Below are positions 1 through 9,453 of a stretch of 64,000 nucleotides of DNA, piece after piece. The position numbers and the translations under genes were made by a program. This DNA is from an uncultured Spirochaetota bacterium (GTDB taxonomy: Bacteria; Spirochaetota; Spirochaetia; SZUA-6; Fen-1364). Position 1 is the stretch's first letter. The number at the start of each line of letters is the position of its first letter. The stretch spans positions 608,001 to 672,000 of the forward strand of contig CAWJSK010000012.1 in the NCBI GenBank assembly GCA_963845535.1, in the 5' to 3' direction. Below the pieces are notes generated by a model. It was not told where the DNA came from. It did no database searches and saw only the letters and a list, made by a program, of their open reading frames with translations.

Positions 1-1001
1 ATGATGAGCCAGCCCAGCTCGTGGGAGTCGCTGGAGATGTGCCGGCCTTCCTCACGCAGCTTTGCGAAGTGCTCCGTGATGAAGCCGATGAGCCGGCCGC
101 GCAGGGTCACGGTGACGGCGCGGGGCGCCCCCTCGGTGCGCGCCATGCGCTCGATCAGCTCATGGACCTCGTCCTCCAGGGCGGCGTTGGTCTCTGATTT
201 TCCCAACAGGCTTTCGATGACGGTCTGGTACAGCCGAAGGTGGTGAGGCGCCACGGCGGTCCCCACGTACGCGGCCCGGCGCACTTCCGCAACGGGGTCA
301 GCCAGAGCGTCCCGCAGCAGTCCCGCGGTTGCCTCCAGCTCCTGCGTCAGCGCCGCGGAAATGAGCGAGGAGCGCGTGCGGGCCGGCAGGTGGCGGTACT
401 GCGGCGCGAAGTGCTCGACCACCTTTGGCACGAGGAGAGGCATTTCCGCGGCGGACCGCAGGACCTGGTCAACGGTCTCCTCACGCGAGTCGGCAAGCGC
501 TTCGTCCAGCGCCGCCTCCCCGCGCAATCGAAGCAGGAGTCCCACGGCGTGCGCCCGGGCGCCGGCAGAGGCGAGCGGGGAGCGGGCTATCTGGCGAAGA
601 AAGCCGGCGAGCTCATGGTCCTTGGGGACCGCGCTGGCAAGCGCGTCCAGGATCTCCCGGCGCAGCATCTCCTCCCGTGTGGTCTTCAACAGCTCCACGA
701 GCGCCCGGGCCGAGCCGGGATGGCGAATCTTGCCCAGCGCCCTCACCGCGGCCAAGGAGAGATCGCCATTCGCGGTGGCGAGCACCCGGGTCACGAACGG
801 GAAGCTCGACGGGTTGCCGAGGGCTGCCACCGCCGCCATGGCGGAAACAGCCACCTCGGGGCGGGAGTCGAACAGGTCTCCGTGCAGCCACTCCAGGCCC
901 CGGGCGTCCCTGTCGAACGCCGAGAGGAGCCGGTGAGTGGTCACGAGCGGTTCGGCCGAAAGCCGCGGAGACTCCGGGGCGTCAGGGCTCATCTGTGTCA
1001 T
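1..1001 (-). CDS. HEAT-repeat protein; 3' end runs off the window start
   Basis: Not in the ORF track. Manual minus-strand translation from ATG at 1001 gives MTQMSPDAPES...EVAVSAMAAVAALGNP...LSLAAVRALGKIRHPGSARALVELLK...LLRDALADPVAEVRRAAY, typical HEAT/PBS helices, open to position 1. It follows cheW directly. Confidence 0.75.
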   Translation of the reverse strand, partial: MTQMSPDAPESPRLSAEPLVTTHRLLSAFDRDARGLEWLHGDLFDSRPEVAVSAMAAVAALGNPSSFPFVTRVLATANGDLSLAAVRALGKIRHPGSARALVELLKTTREEMLRREILDALASAVPKDHELAGFLRQIARSPLASAGARAHAVGLLLRLRGEAALDEALADSREETVDQVLRSAAEMPLLVPKVVEHFAPQYRHLPARTRSSLISAALTQELEATAGLLRDALADPVAEVRRAAYVGTAVAPHHLRLYQTVIESLLGKSETNAALEDEVHELIERMARTEGAPRAVTVTLRGRLIGFITEHFAKLREEGRHISSDSHELGWLI

Positions 1002-1014
1002 CCCTGCCGAGGGA

Positions 1015-1518
1015 TTATGCTCCTGCCTGCGGCTCGTGCAGGGAGCCCAGTTGCGTCCTCTCCTCCGCGGTGAGGATGGCTTCGCTGTTCAGGAGGATGA
1101 TCAGCTTGTCGTCGATCTTGCCCACGCCGGTGATGAAGTCCTGCGCGCGCCCGCCAAACACCGGGGGCGGAGGGTCGATCTGGTCCGCGGGGATCCGAAC
1201 CACCTGGCTCGCGGAATCCACCACCATGCCCATGAGCTTGCCCTCCACCTCCACCACGATGACCCGCGTCATGGCGGTGGCTTCCTTGGCCTCCAGGCCG
1301 AACTTGTCCCGAAGGTCGATGATGGGGATGACGTCCCCGCGCAGGTTGATGATCCCCTTCACGAAGCTGGGCGCCTTGGGAAGCCAGGTGATCTCCCTGA
1401 CCCGGATCACTTCCTTCACCCGCAGGAGCTCCAACCCGTACTCCTCCTCGCCCACGGAAAAGCTGATGAACTGGCGAAGCTCGCCCCTCGTGTCCACCCT
1501 GTCCTTCAGTGCATCCAT
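1015..1518 (-). CDS. cheW: Chemotaxis coupling protein CheW
   Basis: FISFSVGEEEYGL...VKEVI...LPKAPSFVKGIINLRGDVIPIIDLR...GMVVDSASQV is the CheW signature. Confidence 0.95.
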   Translation of the reverse strand: MDALKDRVDTRGELRQFISFSVGEEEYGLELLRVKEVIRVREITWLPKAPSFVKGIINLRGDVIPIIDLRDKFGLEAKEATAMTRVIVVEVEGKLMGMVVDSASQVVRIPADQIDPPPPVFGGRAQDFITGVGKIDDKLIILLNSEAILTAEERTQLGSLHEPQAGA

Positions 1519-1561
1519 GACTCGTACCTCCCGATCTATCGACGGCCCCGTGCGGGGCGCG

Positions 1562-2662
1562 TCAGGCTGTTGCCTGCATCCGGCCCTGGATCAGCCAGGT
1601 CTGCGCGGGTGCCCGCTGGAAAATTTCAAGGATTTCAGGATCAAACTGTGTCCCCGCCTGGCGCGCAAGCTCGTGGCAGGCCTTCGCGAACGCGATGGCG
1701 GGTCGATACGGGCGCTCCGAGGTCATTGCGTCAAGAGCGTCCATGACGGCAAAAATCCTCGCGTGCAGCGGAATGTCCGTGCCCGCAAGCTTGTTGGGGT
1801 AGCCCGTCCCGTCGAACCTCTCATGATGGGACAGCACCACGTCTGTGGCGTAGCTGAGGAAATCGATCCCCTGGAGCATGGTCCACCCCATGAGGGGATG
1901 ACGCTCCACCACGGCGCGTTCTTCCTTCGTCAAGTCGCCTGGTTTGAGGAGGATCTGCTCGGGAATGCCGATCTTGCCCACGTCGTGGAGGTAGGCCCCC
2001 CACTTCAAGTTCTGCAGCTCGAAGGCCGAAAGGGAAAGCGTCTCCCCCAGGCGGACGCTGTTCTCCGAGACGCGCCTGCAGTGGTCCGAGGTCTCATGGT
2101 CCTTGAGGTTCAAGGCGGCCCCGAGGGCCGCAACGGTGGAGTCCCTGACCTCGTCAAGCTGGCGTGAAGTCTGGGACAGCTCGTTCGCTTTGACCACGAC
2201 GAGGTTCTCCAGCGCGCGGGCGTAGTAGCGCATGTTGGCGCGGTTCCTGAACTCCTCTATGGCCCTGTCCAGCCGCTGGAGGAAGTCCCCGACTGTGAAC
2301 GGTTTCGTGATGAAATCGATGGCACCGTCACGGATGGCCTGGACCGCCGTCTGGATGTCGCTGCAGCCGGTGATCACGACCACAAGCGGCGAGGTGGTGC
2401 TCTCCTCCGCCAGGGAGAGCCCGCTCCCGTCCGGGAGGTTCACGTCCAGGAAGTACATATCGTAGGAGGCGCCGGCCACCAGGGAGCGCGCCTCCGCGAG
2501 CGTCGCGGCCGTGTCGGCCACGAACCCCCTGATCTTCAGCATGGCCGTGATGAGAGAGCGGATCTCCGTCTGGTCCTCGAGAACGAGTATTCGGGGCGGC
2601 TTCATCTGAGGTGGAACGGCGATTGCCACTGGCCTCGTCCGCGGCCCAACCGGATTCAGCAT
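1562..2662 (-). CDS. Response regulator with HD-GYP c-di-GMP phosphodiesterase domain (RpfG-like)
   Basis: REC domain (ILVLED, FLDVNLPDGSG, FITKPF) followed by HDVGKIG...HHERFDGTGYP...DALDAMTSERPYR. AAGGAG RBS precedes the ATG. Confidence 0.92.
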   Translation of the reverse strand: MLNPVGPRTRPVAIAVPPQMKPPRILVLEDQTEIRSLITAMLKIRGFVADTAATLAEARSLVAGASYDMYFLDVNLPDGSGLSLAEESTTSPLVVVITGCSDIQTAVQAIRDGAIDFITKPFTVGDFLQRLDRAIEEFRNRANMRYYARALENLVVVKANELSQTSRQLDEVRDSTVAALGAALNLKDHETSDHCRRVSENSVRLGETLSLSAFELQNLKWGAYLHDVGKIGIPEQILLKPGDLTKEERAVVERHPLMGWTMLQGIDFLSYATDVVLSHHERFDGTGYPNKLAGTDIPLHARIFAVMDALDAMTSERPYRPAIAFAKACHELARQAGTQFDPEILEIFQRAPAQTWLIQGRMQATA

Positions 2663-2675
2663 AGTCAGGTGCTCC

Positions 2676-2966
2676 TTACGCGTGATGGGGATGGCTCTTG
2701 AGCTTCTTCAAGCCGGAAGCCACCGCCAGCTCGATCTCGACGCGCATCTTCTTCTCGTTCTCAGGACGCGGGCTCAGGGGGGCCAGGAGCGATGTGTAGT
2801 ACCCCGGCTTGACGTGGTTCAATGTATAGGCAGCGAGGTCGAGCACGCACTGCTCGCACGTGCACATGTCCCCGCCCTTCTCTATCACCTTCTCGATGGC
2901 CTCGAAGACCATTTCCTGCGCCCTGTTCCTCATATTCTCTATATTGTAGCGCTCATCCAGTTTCAT
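2676..2966 (-). CDS. comFB: ComFB family protein (late competence development protein family; candidate cyclic dinucleotide receptor)
   Basis: MKLDERYNIENMRNRAQEMV...MCTCEQCVLDLAAYTLNHVKPGYY...LKSHPHH: N-x-x-E, CxCxxC-D-xxxxLN-xxPxY and terminal P-x-H are ComFB hallmarks. The start at 2966 overlaps the cheB stop. Confidence 0.85.
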   Translation of the reverse strand: MKLDERYNIENMRNRAQEMVFEAIEKVIEKGGDMCTCEQCVLDLAAYTLNHVKPGYYTSLLAPLSPRPENEKKMRVEIELAVASGLKKLKSHPHHA

Positions 2967-4069
2967 ACTGCGCTCCTTGCGGCACTCCCGCCCCGCGCGT
3001 GCGCCCGCAGTCGGGAGGCAATCTGGTCCACGGGCATCACCTCGTGGGCGTTCCCGTTCTGGACCACCTCCTTGTTCATCCCGTAGATGACGGAGGTGTT
3101 CTTGTCCTGCGCGATGACCCGTCCGCCGCGCGCGTACAACTCCCGCAGTCCCTCCGCGCCGTCCTTGCCCATTCCCGTCATGATGACGCCCACGGCGCGG
3201 GACCCGTATTCGCGGGCCACCGAACGCATGAGCACATCCACCGAGGGGCGATGCCCGTTGACCGGGTCGTTCTGATTGAGGACGACCCTGGGCTCGAGGC
3301 CGAAGCGGGTCACCATCATGTGCCAGTTGCCCGGGGCAATCAGCACGCGTCCGGGGAGGATGGGATCCCCGTTCTCCGCCTCTTTCACCCTCACGGCGCA
3401 GACCGAGTCCAGCCGGTCCGCAAACGCCTTGGTAAAAACAGGGGGCATGTGCTGCACGATAACGACCCCCACGGGAAAGTCCCCCGGTAGCTGCATGAGG
3501 ACCGTTTTCAGGGCCACCGGTCCGCCCGTCGAGGTGCCAATGGCCACCAGGTCGCACCCTTCGCCGTCGAACGGCGGCGCGGCCACGGGCGCGGAGGGCG
3601 TCCCGGTCCGCTCAAGCTCCGTCGAGGCGGCCTCGACCTGTGCGGCCTTCCCCGGCTCCCCCTGAGGGGCCATGACGATGCGGGCCGCGTCCCTGACCTT
3701 CTCGGTCAGCTCACGCGCTATGGCGGGTATCCCGCCGGAAAGGGAGTTGGAGGGCTTGAGAACGAAATCCACGGCGCCTGCCTCGAGGGCCTGGAGCGTG
3801 AGCTCAGCCCCTTTCTGCGCGTGGGCGCTCATGACGATGATGGGCGTGGGTCGAACGTTCATGATCCGGCGGATGGCCTCAAGCCCGCCCATGCCGGGCA
3901 TCTCGAGGTCCAGCGTGATCACGTCCGGACGCTCCCTTTCCAGTTTGGCGATTGCGAACTCCGCGTTGGCCGCGGTTGCCGCCACGGTGATCTCGGGGTC
4001 GGCGGTGAGGATGTCGGTTGCTATCTTGCGAACGAGGGCCGAATCGTCGACAACCATGACGCGAATCAC
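2963..4069 (-). CDS. cheB: Chemotaxis methylesterase CheB (REC plus methylesterase)
   Basis: VMVVDDSALVR, DLEMPGMGG, AIGTSTGGP, IVQHMP, HRPSVD, MTGMGKDGAEG. Confidence 0.97.
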   Translation of the reverse strand: MIRVMVVDDSALVRKIATDILTADPEITVAATAANAEFAIAKLERERPDVITLDLEMPGMGGLEAIRRIMNVRPTPIIVMSAHAQKGAELTLQALEAGAVDFVLKPSNSLSGGIPAIARELTEKVRDAARIVMAPQGEPGKAAQVEAASTELERTGTPSAPVAAPPFDGEGCDLVAIGTSTGGPVALKTVLMQLPGDFPVGVVIVQHMPPVFTKAFADRLDSVCAVRVKEAENGDPILPGRVLIAPGNWHMMVTRFGLEPRVVLNQNDPVNGHRPSVDVLMRSVAREYGSRAVGVIMTGMGKDGAEGLRELYARGGRVIAQDKNTSVIYGMNKEVVQNGNAHEVMPVDQIASRLRAHARGGSAARSAV

Positions 4070-4935
4070 GACGCCGCCTCCTTCTTCATGCGATAGATGG
4101 GAGCCTTGAAGGACGACACGTAGCGGAACCGCTGGCTGAAACCGCTCAAGGATTCGGAGTGTCCGATGAACAGGTAGCCGTCAGGATCGAGCGCGTGCGC
4201 GAAGACCTCGTCCACCAGCTTCGTCTGGGTGGCCTTGTTGAAGTAGATCATGACGTTGCGGCAGAAGATCACGTCGAACGGGCCGCCAGGCACCGGGTCA
4301 TTGAACAGGTTGTGCACCCGGAAATCGACGCTGTCACGGATCTCCGAGCGGACCTGGCGCGCGCCGTCGTTCGACGGCAACAGGTAGCGGTCCAGGGCGG
4401 CCTGCGGCACAAGGCGCAGGGCGCGCTCGAAATAGAGACCGTTCTTTGCCCGCGCAATGGCCGCGGTGCTGATGTCAGTCCCGGTGATGCTGACCTCGGC
4501 GCCCGGATGCCCGCATTCGGCAAGCGTCTCGTTGACGACGATCCGCAGGGTGTAGACCTCTTCCCCCGTGGAGCACCCCGCGCTCCAGATGCGCGCGTGA
4601 TGCTTGCGCGCGAGGATCTCGGGAAGGACGGTCTTGCGCAGCACGGTGAAGTGGTTGATCTCCCGGAAGAAGTACGTCTCGTTCGTGCTCACCGCGTCGA
4701 TGAAGTTGTGAAGCTCCTCCGCCCCCGCGGCGCCCGAGACCAGCAATCGGTAGTACTCCTCGTAGGAGGAAATATGAAGCGCGGCCAGACGCTTGCGCAG
4801 CCGGTTGGAGATCAGGATCTGCTTTCCGTCTCGCATGTGGATGCCGGTCTTCTCGAAGATCAGGGCCCGAAACTCGTTGAAAGTCTCGTCCGAGATGACA
4901 GGCAGCCCGATGGCGGCGGCGGCTTGAGTGTTCAC
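4066..4935 (-). CDS. cheR: Chemotaxis methyltransferase CheR
   Basis: STNETYFFRE, IWSAGCSTGEEVY, FDVIFCRNVMIYF, GYLFIGHSESL. Confidence 0.97.
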   Translation of the reverse strand: MNTQAAAAIGLPVISDETFNEFRALIFEKTGIHMRDGKQILISNRLRKRLAALHISSYEEYYRLLVSGAAGAEELHNFIDAVSTNETYFFREINHFTVLRKTVLPEILARKHHARIWSAGCSTGEEVYTLRIVVNETLAECGHPGAEVSITGTDISTAAIARAKNGLYFERALRLVPQAALDRYLLPSNDGARQVRSEIRDSVDFRVHNLFNDPVPGGPFDVIFCRNVMIYFNKATQTKLVDEVFAHALDPDGYLFIGHSESLSGFSQRFRYVSSFKAPIYRMKKEAAS

Positions 4936-5414
4936 ACGCCCGCTCCCGCGGGGACAGCCGGGCTCAGGGTATGCACCGAGACCTCCCCGCTTTCGTTGTT
5001 GAAAATCACGGTCCGCCCGCGGGTGCCGCCGGTGTCCTCGAATACTATTGGCACGGAGGCTTCCTCCAGGACCTTGCGGGCGGCGGAGACATTCTGGTCC
5101 CCAATGGAGCCGATCCCTCCTGATGCCATAGGAAACATCTTCGCCCCACCGATGAGGTACGCCTTGAGCGACGAGATGCGGCTCCCGCCGGCCGTGAGCA
5201 AAGCCAGAAGCGCCGGGATTGCCGTGTCCGCATACTTGCCCACGGCCGAATCTCCGCGCGTGCTGCGGGGAAGCATCACGTGGGCAAGGGCGCTTACGCG
5301 CTTCACGGGGTCGTGCAGGATCACGCCCACGCAGGAGCCGAGGATCGTCTTGAGGCTGTGCGCGTCGCGCACCATGTCCATTTCCGCCATCCGCACGTTC
5401 ACGATCTCCGTCAT
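4932..5414 (-). CDS. cheD: Chemoreceptor glutamine deamidase CheD
   Basis: LGSCVGV, AHVMLP, GKYADTA, GGAKMF, IGDQN, EDTGGTRGRTV. Confidence 0.93.
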   Translation of the reverse strand: MTEIVNVRMAEMDMVRDAHSLKTILGSCVGVILHDPVKRVSALAHVMLPRSTRGDSAVGKYADTAIPALLALLTAGGSRISSLKAYLIGGAKMFPMASGGIGSIGDQNVSAARKVLEEASVPIVFEDTGGTRGRTVIFNNESGEVSVHTLSPAVPAGAGV

Positions 5415-5415
5415 G

Positions 5416-8265
5416 TCATGCCCCGCCCGCTGACGGCCCTGCTTCGAGGGCGTTCATGAGCTTTTTCAGGGAGTCGGGCTCCAGGAAAAGGACGAGATGA
5501 CAGACCACGTTTTCCGAGCCGGAGCCGAAGACAACTGCCTCGGTGATCAGGATCTTGTCTCCGGGCTGGTTGAAATGGGCCAGCACCGAGTCGATCACCG
5601 GAAGGCACATATCCACGCTGATCTCGGGGACTCCCGGCGCCACCGTGAGGTTGGTGCTGTCCGCCATGGTATTGATGAAGCTCGCCGCAAGGATGTTTCC
5701 CATTTCGCACATCGCTGACAGGTCGACGCCGGCAAGCTCCTTCGTGGTTCCGACCGGCCGTCCATGCACCAGGTCCTCCATCTCCAGGAGGTTGTCGACC
5801 GGGAGGACGATCAGGATGCCGCCCAGCAGGTCCCCCTGGACCTCGATGTAGATCCCCCCGACGTTGGCTTCCTCCCCGCCCATGGTCTCGGCCACCTCGC
5901 CAATGGAGATGAGCCGGGACTCGGGGAAGCTCACCCGGATCTCCCGGCCCGTGAACTGGGAGAGGGACATCGACGCCTGGATGGCGCTCGTGTTGTTCAC
6001 CATTTCCAAAGGCGTACCCTGGCTGTTGATGACTCTTTGCGCCAGCGCGTCCAGCTCCTTCGCTTCCTCGGCCACGGATTCGGAGCCGGCGCCTGGCTCC
6101 ACGGGCGCCGCGGCGCGGGCGGCCGGCGCGGCGGCGCCATCAAAGGAAGCGGCGTCCACGGGCGTCAGATCGGCAACGGAAGCCGCCGGAGGCTGCGGGG
6201 CCGTCCCCGGCCTGTCCGCCGCGCGGGGCAAAGGCGCTGACGGGCGCGCGTCCTCGTCCCTGGCTTCGATGTCGACGCCTCCGCGGTGGAAGACCTTTCC
6301 GTTCCCTCCGGCCCCGTGATAGTGCTGGCTGACGAGGGTTTGGACGTCGACAATGAGCGCAATCTTCCCGTTTCCCAGAATGGAGGCGCCGATCAAGCCG
6401 TCAATTTCCCTGTAGTGGCGGCTCAAGCTCTTGATGACGATTTCCCTCGTGCCGAGGATCTTCTCCACCTCCAGGCCAATCTTGCGGCCTTCGAAGTCCA
6501 CCACAACCACGGGCATGCCTTCGATGGCGGGCGCCTGCTCCGCCTCCGTGGCGTCCTTGAGGGCGTTGCCCAGGTGAACGAGCACCAGGACCTCTTCCCT
6601 CACTAATATGACCCGCCTCTGGCCGACGCTCTTCAGGTCAGCCAGGTGGATCTTCAGGATCTCCCGCACCGAAGAGAGCGGGATGGCGAATGTGGCGCCG
6701 TTCACCTCCACGAGCACCGCGGTGATGATGGCCATGGTGAGCGGAAGGGTGATCGTGATGGTAGTGCCGGCGCGCGGTGTCGAGCGCACGCGCAGGCTCC
6801 CGCTCATTTCCTCCACCGCGGCTTTCACGGCGTCCATGCCGACGCCGCGCCCCGAGATATCGGAGATGCGCTCCGCCGTGCTGAACCCCGGGAGGAAAAT
6901 GAACCCCAGGATCCTTTCCGTGCTGGCCCGCGGGGCCTCATCGGCGGTGAGGAGCCCTTTCTCGAGCGCCTTGTTGAGGATGGCGGCCCTGTCGAGCCCG
7001 CGGCCGTCATCGGAGACCTCGATGCAGATGTGGTCTCCGTCCTGGTAGGCGCCCAGGCGTACGTGGCCTTCCCGGCTCTTGCCGGCCGCGACGCGCTCCT
7101 CGGGAGGCTCGATCCCGTGGTCCACCGCGTTGCGAATGAGATGCACGAGAGGCTCGCCAATACGATCGATCACCTTCTTGTCGATCTCCGTTTCCTCACC
7201 GAAGATCTCCAGGGCCACCACCTTTCGGCTGGCCTTGGAGAGGTCCCGCACCACCCTGTTGAACCTGTTGAAGACGTTGGCCACGGGGAGCATCCGCGCC
7301 TTCATGATGCCTTCCTGCAGGTCCCGGGTGATGGCCGCCAACGCCTCGGTCTTCTGCTCCAGGTCGTAGATGGCGGGGGTCTTGCCGAACAGCTCGCGCA
7401 TCTGCTGGCTGAGGGCCACGAACCCCGAATTATGGATGACGAGCTCGCCCACGAGGTTGAGGAGCGTGTCGAGCTTGGAGACGGAAACGCGCACCACCTC
7501 GTCGATGTGGGTCGACCTTCCGACCCTCTCGACGGCCCCGGAGGCCGGCTCCTCCACTGCCGGCCCCGCGGCCCCGGGGGCAACGCTCACCGTCACCTGG
7601 TCCACGCTGATGGAAGCGGGAATGGCGGACGGGTCGACGGCCGTTTCCAGCGTGACCACGTACGTGAAGGCTCCCGCGCTGTCCCTGAGCGAGTCGGGGG
7701 AAGGATCCGCGGTCAGGATCTTCCCCAGGCGCTCGAGCCTGCTCCTTACAAGGAAAGATCTGAGATAGGCTTCCCGGGCGGCGCCCTCGATATGGATGGA
7801 AAGCCGGCATGCGGCGAGCGGACCGGACGGAGGCGTCGGTGAGACGGGAGAGGGAGCGGATTGCCGCTGGGCAACCGGTGCGCCTTCCGCCGGTCGGATA
7901 GCGGCCAGCCGGCCAAGGAAGTCCATCGTGTCCACCCCGGCGTCCTTGCCCTCGGTGAACGCGTCGATCATGGACCTGCACAGGTCGAGTCCCTCGAAAA
8001 GGAAGGAGGCGGCCGTGGAGTCGAAGGTGTTGGCCTCCCGCACCTGCTGGAGGGACGACTCCAAGTCGTGGGCCAGCCGCGCCAGCTCGTCGTAGCCGAT
8101 GAACCCCGCCGATCCCTTCATCGTATGGATGGCGCGGAACATGCGGTTTATCTGCTCGGCGTCCGACGGGTTTTTTTCCAGCGCGAGGAGGCTTTCCTCC
8201 CACTCCCGGAGCTGGTCGGCGGCCTCTTCGCAGAATATCGTTCTGTACTCCGCCTTCACTTCCAT
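5416..8265 (-). CDS. cheA: Chemotaxis histidine kinase CheA with a C-terminal CheC-like domain
   Basis: Hpt (FRAIHTMKGSA), dimerisation (LDTLLNLVGELVI), HATPase (HLIRNAVDHGIE, DDGRG, SGRGVGMD) and CheW-like P5. These are followed by a P/A-rich linker and a CheC-like region (EMVNN...SLSQF, SAMCEMGNILAASFIN). Confidence 0.93.
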   Translation of the reverse strand: MEVKAEYRTIFCEEAADQLREWEESLLALEKNPSDAEQINRMFRAIHTMKGSAGFIGYDELARLAHDLESSLQQVREANTFDSTAASFLFEGLDLCRSMIDAFTEGKDAGVDTMDFLGRLAAIRPAEGAPVAQRQSAPSPVSPTPPSGPLAACRLSIHIEGAAREAYLRSFLVRSRLERLGKILTADPSPDSLRDSAGAFTYVVTLETAVDPSAIPASISVDQVTVSVAPGAAGPAVEEPASGAVERVGRSTHIDEVVRVSVSKLDTLLNLVGELVIHNSGFVALSQQMRELFGKTPAIYDLEQKTEALAAITRDLQEGIMKARMLPVANVFNRFNRVVRDLSKASRKVVALEIFGEETEIDKKVIDRIGEPLVHLIRNAVDHGIEPPEERVAAGKSREGHVRLGAYQDGDHICIEVSDDGRGLDRAAILNKALEKGLLTADEAPRASTERILGFIFLPGFSTAERISDISGRGVGMDAVKAAVEEMSGSLRVRSTPRAGTTITITLPLTMAIITAVLVEVNGATFAIPLSSVREILKIHLADLKSVGQRRVILVREEVLVLVHLGNALKDATEAEQAPAIEGMPVVVVDFEGRKIGLEVEKILGTREIVIKSLSRHYREIDGLIGASILGNGKIALIVDVQTLVSQHYHGAGGNGKVFHRGGVDIEARDEDARPSAPLPRAADRPGTAPQPPAASVADLTPVDAASFDGAAAPAARAAAPVEPGAGSESVAEEAKELDALAQRVINSQGTPLEMVNNTSAIQASMSLSQFTGREIRVSFPESRLISIGEVAETMGGEEANVGGIYIEVQGDLLGGILIVLPVDNLLEMEDLVHGRPVGTTKELAGVDLSAMCEMGNILAASFINTMADSTNLTVAPGVPEISVDMCLPVIDSVLAHFNQPGDKILITEAVVFGSGSENVVCHLVLFLEPDSLKKLMNALEAGPSAGGA

Positions 8266-8285
8266 GAATTATCCTCCCCTGGCCC

Positions 8286-8816
8286 TTACGATTCCGTCAG
8301 CACGTCCTCGAACGCGTCCGTCTCGTTGAGCGTCTCCTTCTCCTCCACGGCAATGCTGATCTCGATGGGTCCGTATTGCGTGATCAGCCCGAGGACGAGG
8401 GCCGGCTTGGGCACAAGATGGATGCTGAGGTTGTCCCCTGCCGCGATGGCCGGCGTGGTGATGTTGAGGACCTGGTCCTGCTTCTGGTTGAGGAGCGCGG
8501 TAGCGTTGCCCGTGATCATGTTCGCCACTTCCCCCAGGGAATCGAGGAACATGATCTTCTTCTGCTGCGGGGACTTGCCTTCCAGGAGCTTGTCCACGAG
8601 CCTTTCCGCGAGCTTGCCATCCAGGCTGTAGACGATCTGGCCGGTGAGGAACCCGTAGATCCCGATGATGATCGACACGCCGAAAGACGGCTCCACCTTC
8701 GGCTTGTAGGAGAGATGTCCCCTGCGCACCTCGATGCCCGTGATCTGGTTAACGACCTTCATGGCCGCTTCCACGAAAGGATTGACGTGCTTCGCGTTGA
8801 TTTTCATCTGCGGCAT
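8286..8816 (-). CDS. cheX: CheY-P phosphatase CheX
   Basis: INAKHVNPFVEA...VSIIIGIYG...DSLGEVANMITGNA...ITTP: CheX E-x-x-N motif. Confidence 0.9.
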   Translation of the reverse strand: MPQMKINAKHVNPFVEAAMKVVNQITGIEVRRGHLSYKPKVEPSFGVSIIIGIYGFLTGQIVYSLDGKLAERLVDKLLEGKSPQQKKIMFLDSLGEVANMITGNATALLNQKQDQVLNITTPAIAAGDNLSIHLVPKPALVLGLITQYGPIEISIAVEEKETLNETDAFEDVLTES

Positions 8817-8821
8817 CCTTT

Positions 8822-9184
8822 CTAGACCAGCGCTTTCTCTACGGCCGACAGGATCCGCTCCGCGGTGAAAGGCTTTACCACGAAGTCCCGAACGCCGAGT
8901 GCAATTGAGTCCAGGAGCATCTTCTCCTGCCCCAGGGCGGTGACCATCACGATTCTCGCGTTGGGGTCCGCCGCAAGGATCTCACGGGCCGCCTGCAGGC
9001 CGTCCTTCACCTTCATGGTGATGTCCATGGTTACAAGGTCGGGCTTCAGTTGCTGGTATTTCTGGACCGCCTCGGCGCCGTTTGTCGCTTCCCCGCAGAT
9101 TTGAAACCCTCGGGGCGTCAACGTGTCTTTGACGATCATGCGCATGAAGTTCGCATCATCGACAACAAGCACTCTTTTCGCCAT
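8822..9184 (-). CDS. cheY: Chemotaxis response regulator CheY
   Basis: MAKRVLVVDDANFMR...PDLVTMDITM...MVTALGQ...FVVKPF. Start at ATG 9184 with a GAGG RBS. Confidence 0.92.
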   Translation of the reverse strand: MAKRVLVVDDANFMRMIVKDTLTPRGFQICGEATNGAEAVQKYQQLKPDLVTMDITMKVKDGLQAAREILAADPNARIVMVTALGQEKMLLDSIALGVRDFVVKPFTAERILSAVEKALV

Positions 9185-9227
9185 TTTTCCATCCTCCCTC
9201 GTGCTCAAAAGTGTACGGACTTTCAGT

Positions 9228-9244
9228 TGCAAACGGCGTGCCAA
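9228..9244 (-). promoter_or_regulatory. Sigma54 (RpoN) -24/-12 promoter for the che operon
   Basis: Minus strand reads TTGGCACGCCGTTTGCA, matching YTGGCACG-N4-TTGCW, about 45 bp upstream of cheY. Confidence 0.85.
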
Positions 9245-9372
9245 TCCCGATATCGGCGACGCCCGTCAATTCGCGTGAAATAAACCCAAAACGCCCGGAA
9301 AAAGGTACTTTTCAGGCCACATGGATCAGAAAATCGTTTCCCGGTGCCGAAACTCCGAGCTGATGTATCGAA

Positions 9373-9413
9373 TTGGAACAGGCGTTCCAAACGGCTGGAA
9401 CAGCCCTGGAACA
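9373..9413. promoter_or_regulatory. Candidate enhancer (bEBP upstream activator sites)
   Basis: Perfect inverted repeat TTGGAAC-AGGC-GTTCCAA (9373-9390) and TGGAACA at 9374, 9396 and 9407, about 130-170 bp upstream of the sigma54 site. Confidence 0.5.
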
Positions 9414-9453
9414 TCACAAAGCTCGCGCGAAGCGCGATAGAAGTGCCATCGCC

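Noticed and set aside
1..2465. Long plus-strand ORFs such as 425..2167 and 240..1073
   Set aside because: They are antisense shadows of well-supported minus-strand genes in GC-rich DNA, with no motifs. The same applies to most overlapping ORFs in the track.
2967..3557. N-terminal 197 aa of ORF 2676..3557
   Set aside because: It overlaps cheB out of frame; only the part from ATG 2966 resembles ComFB.
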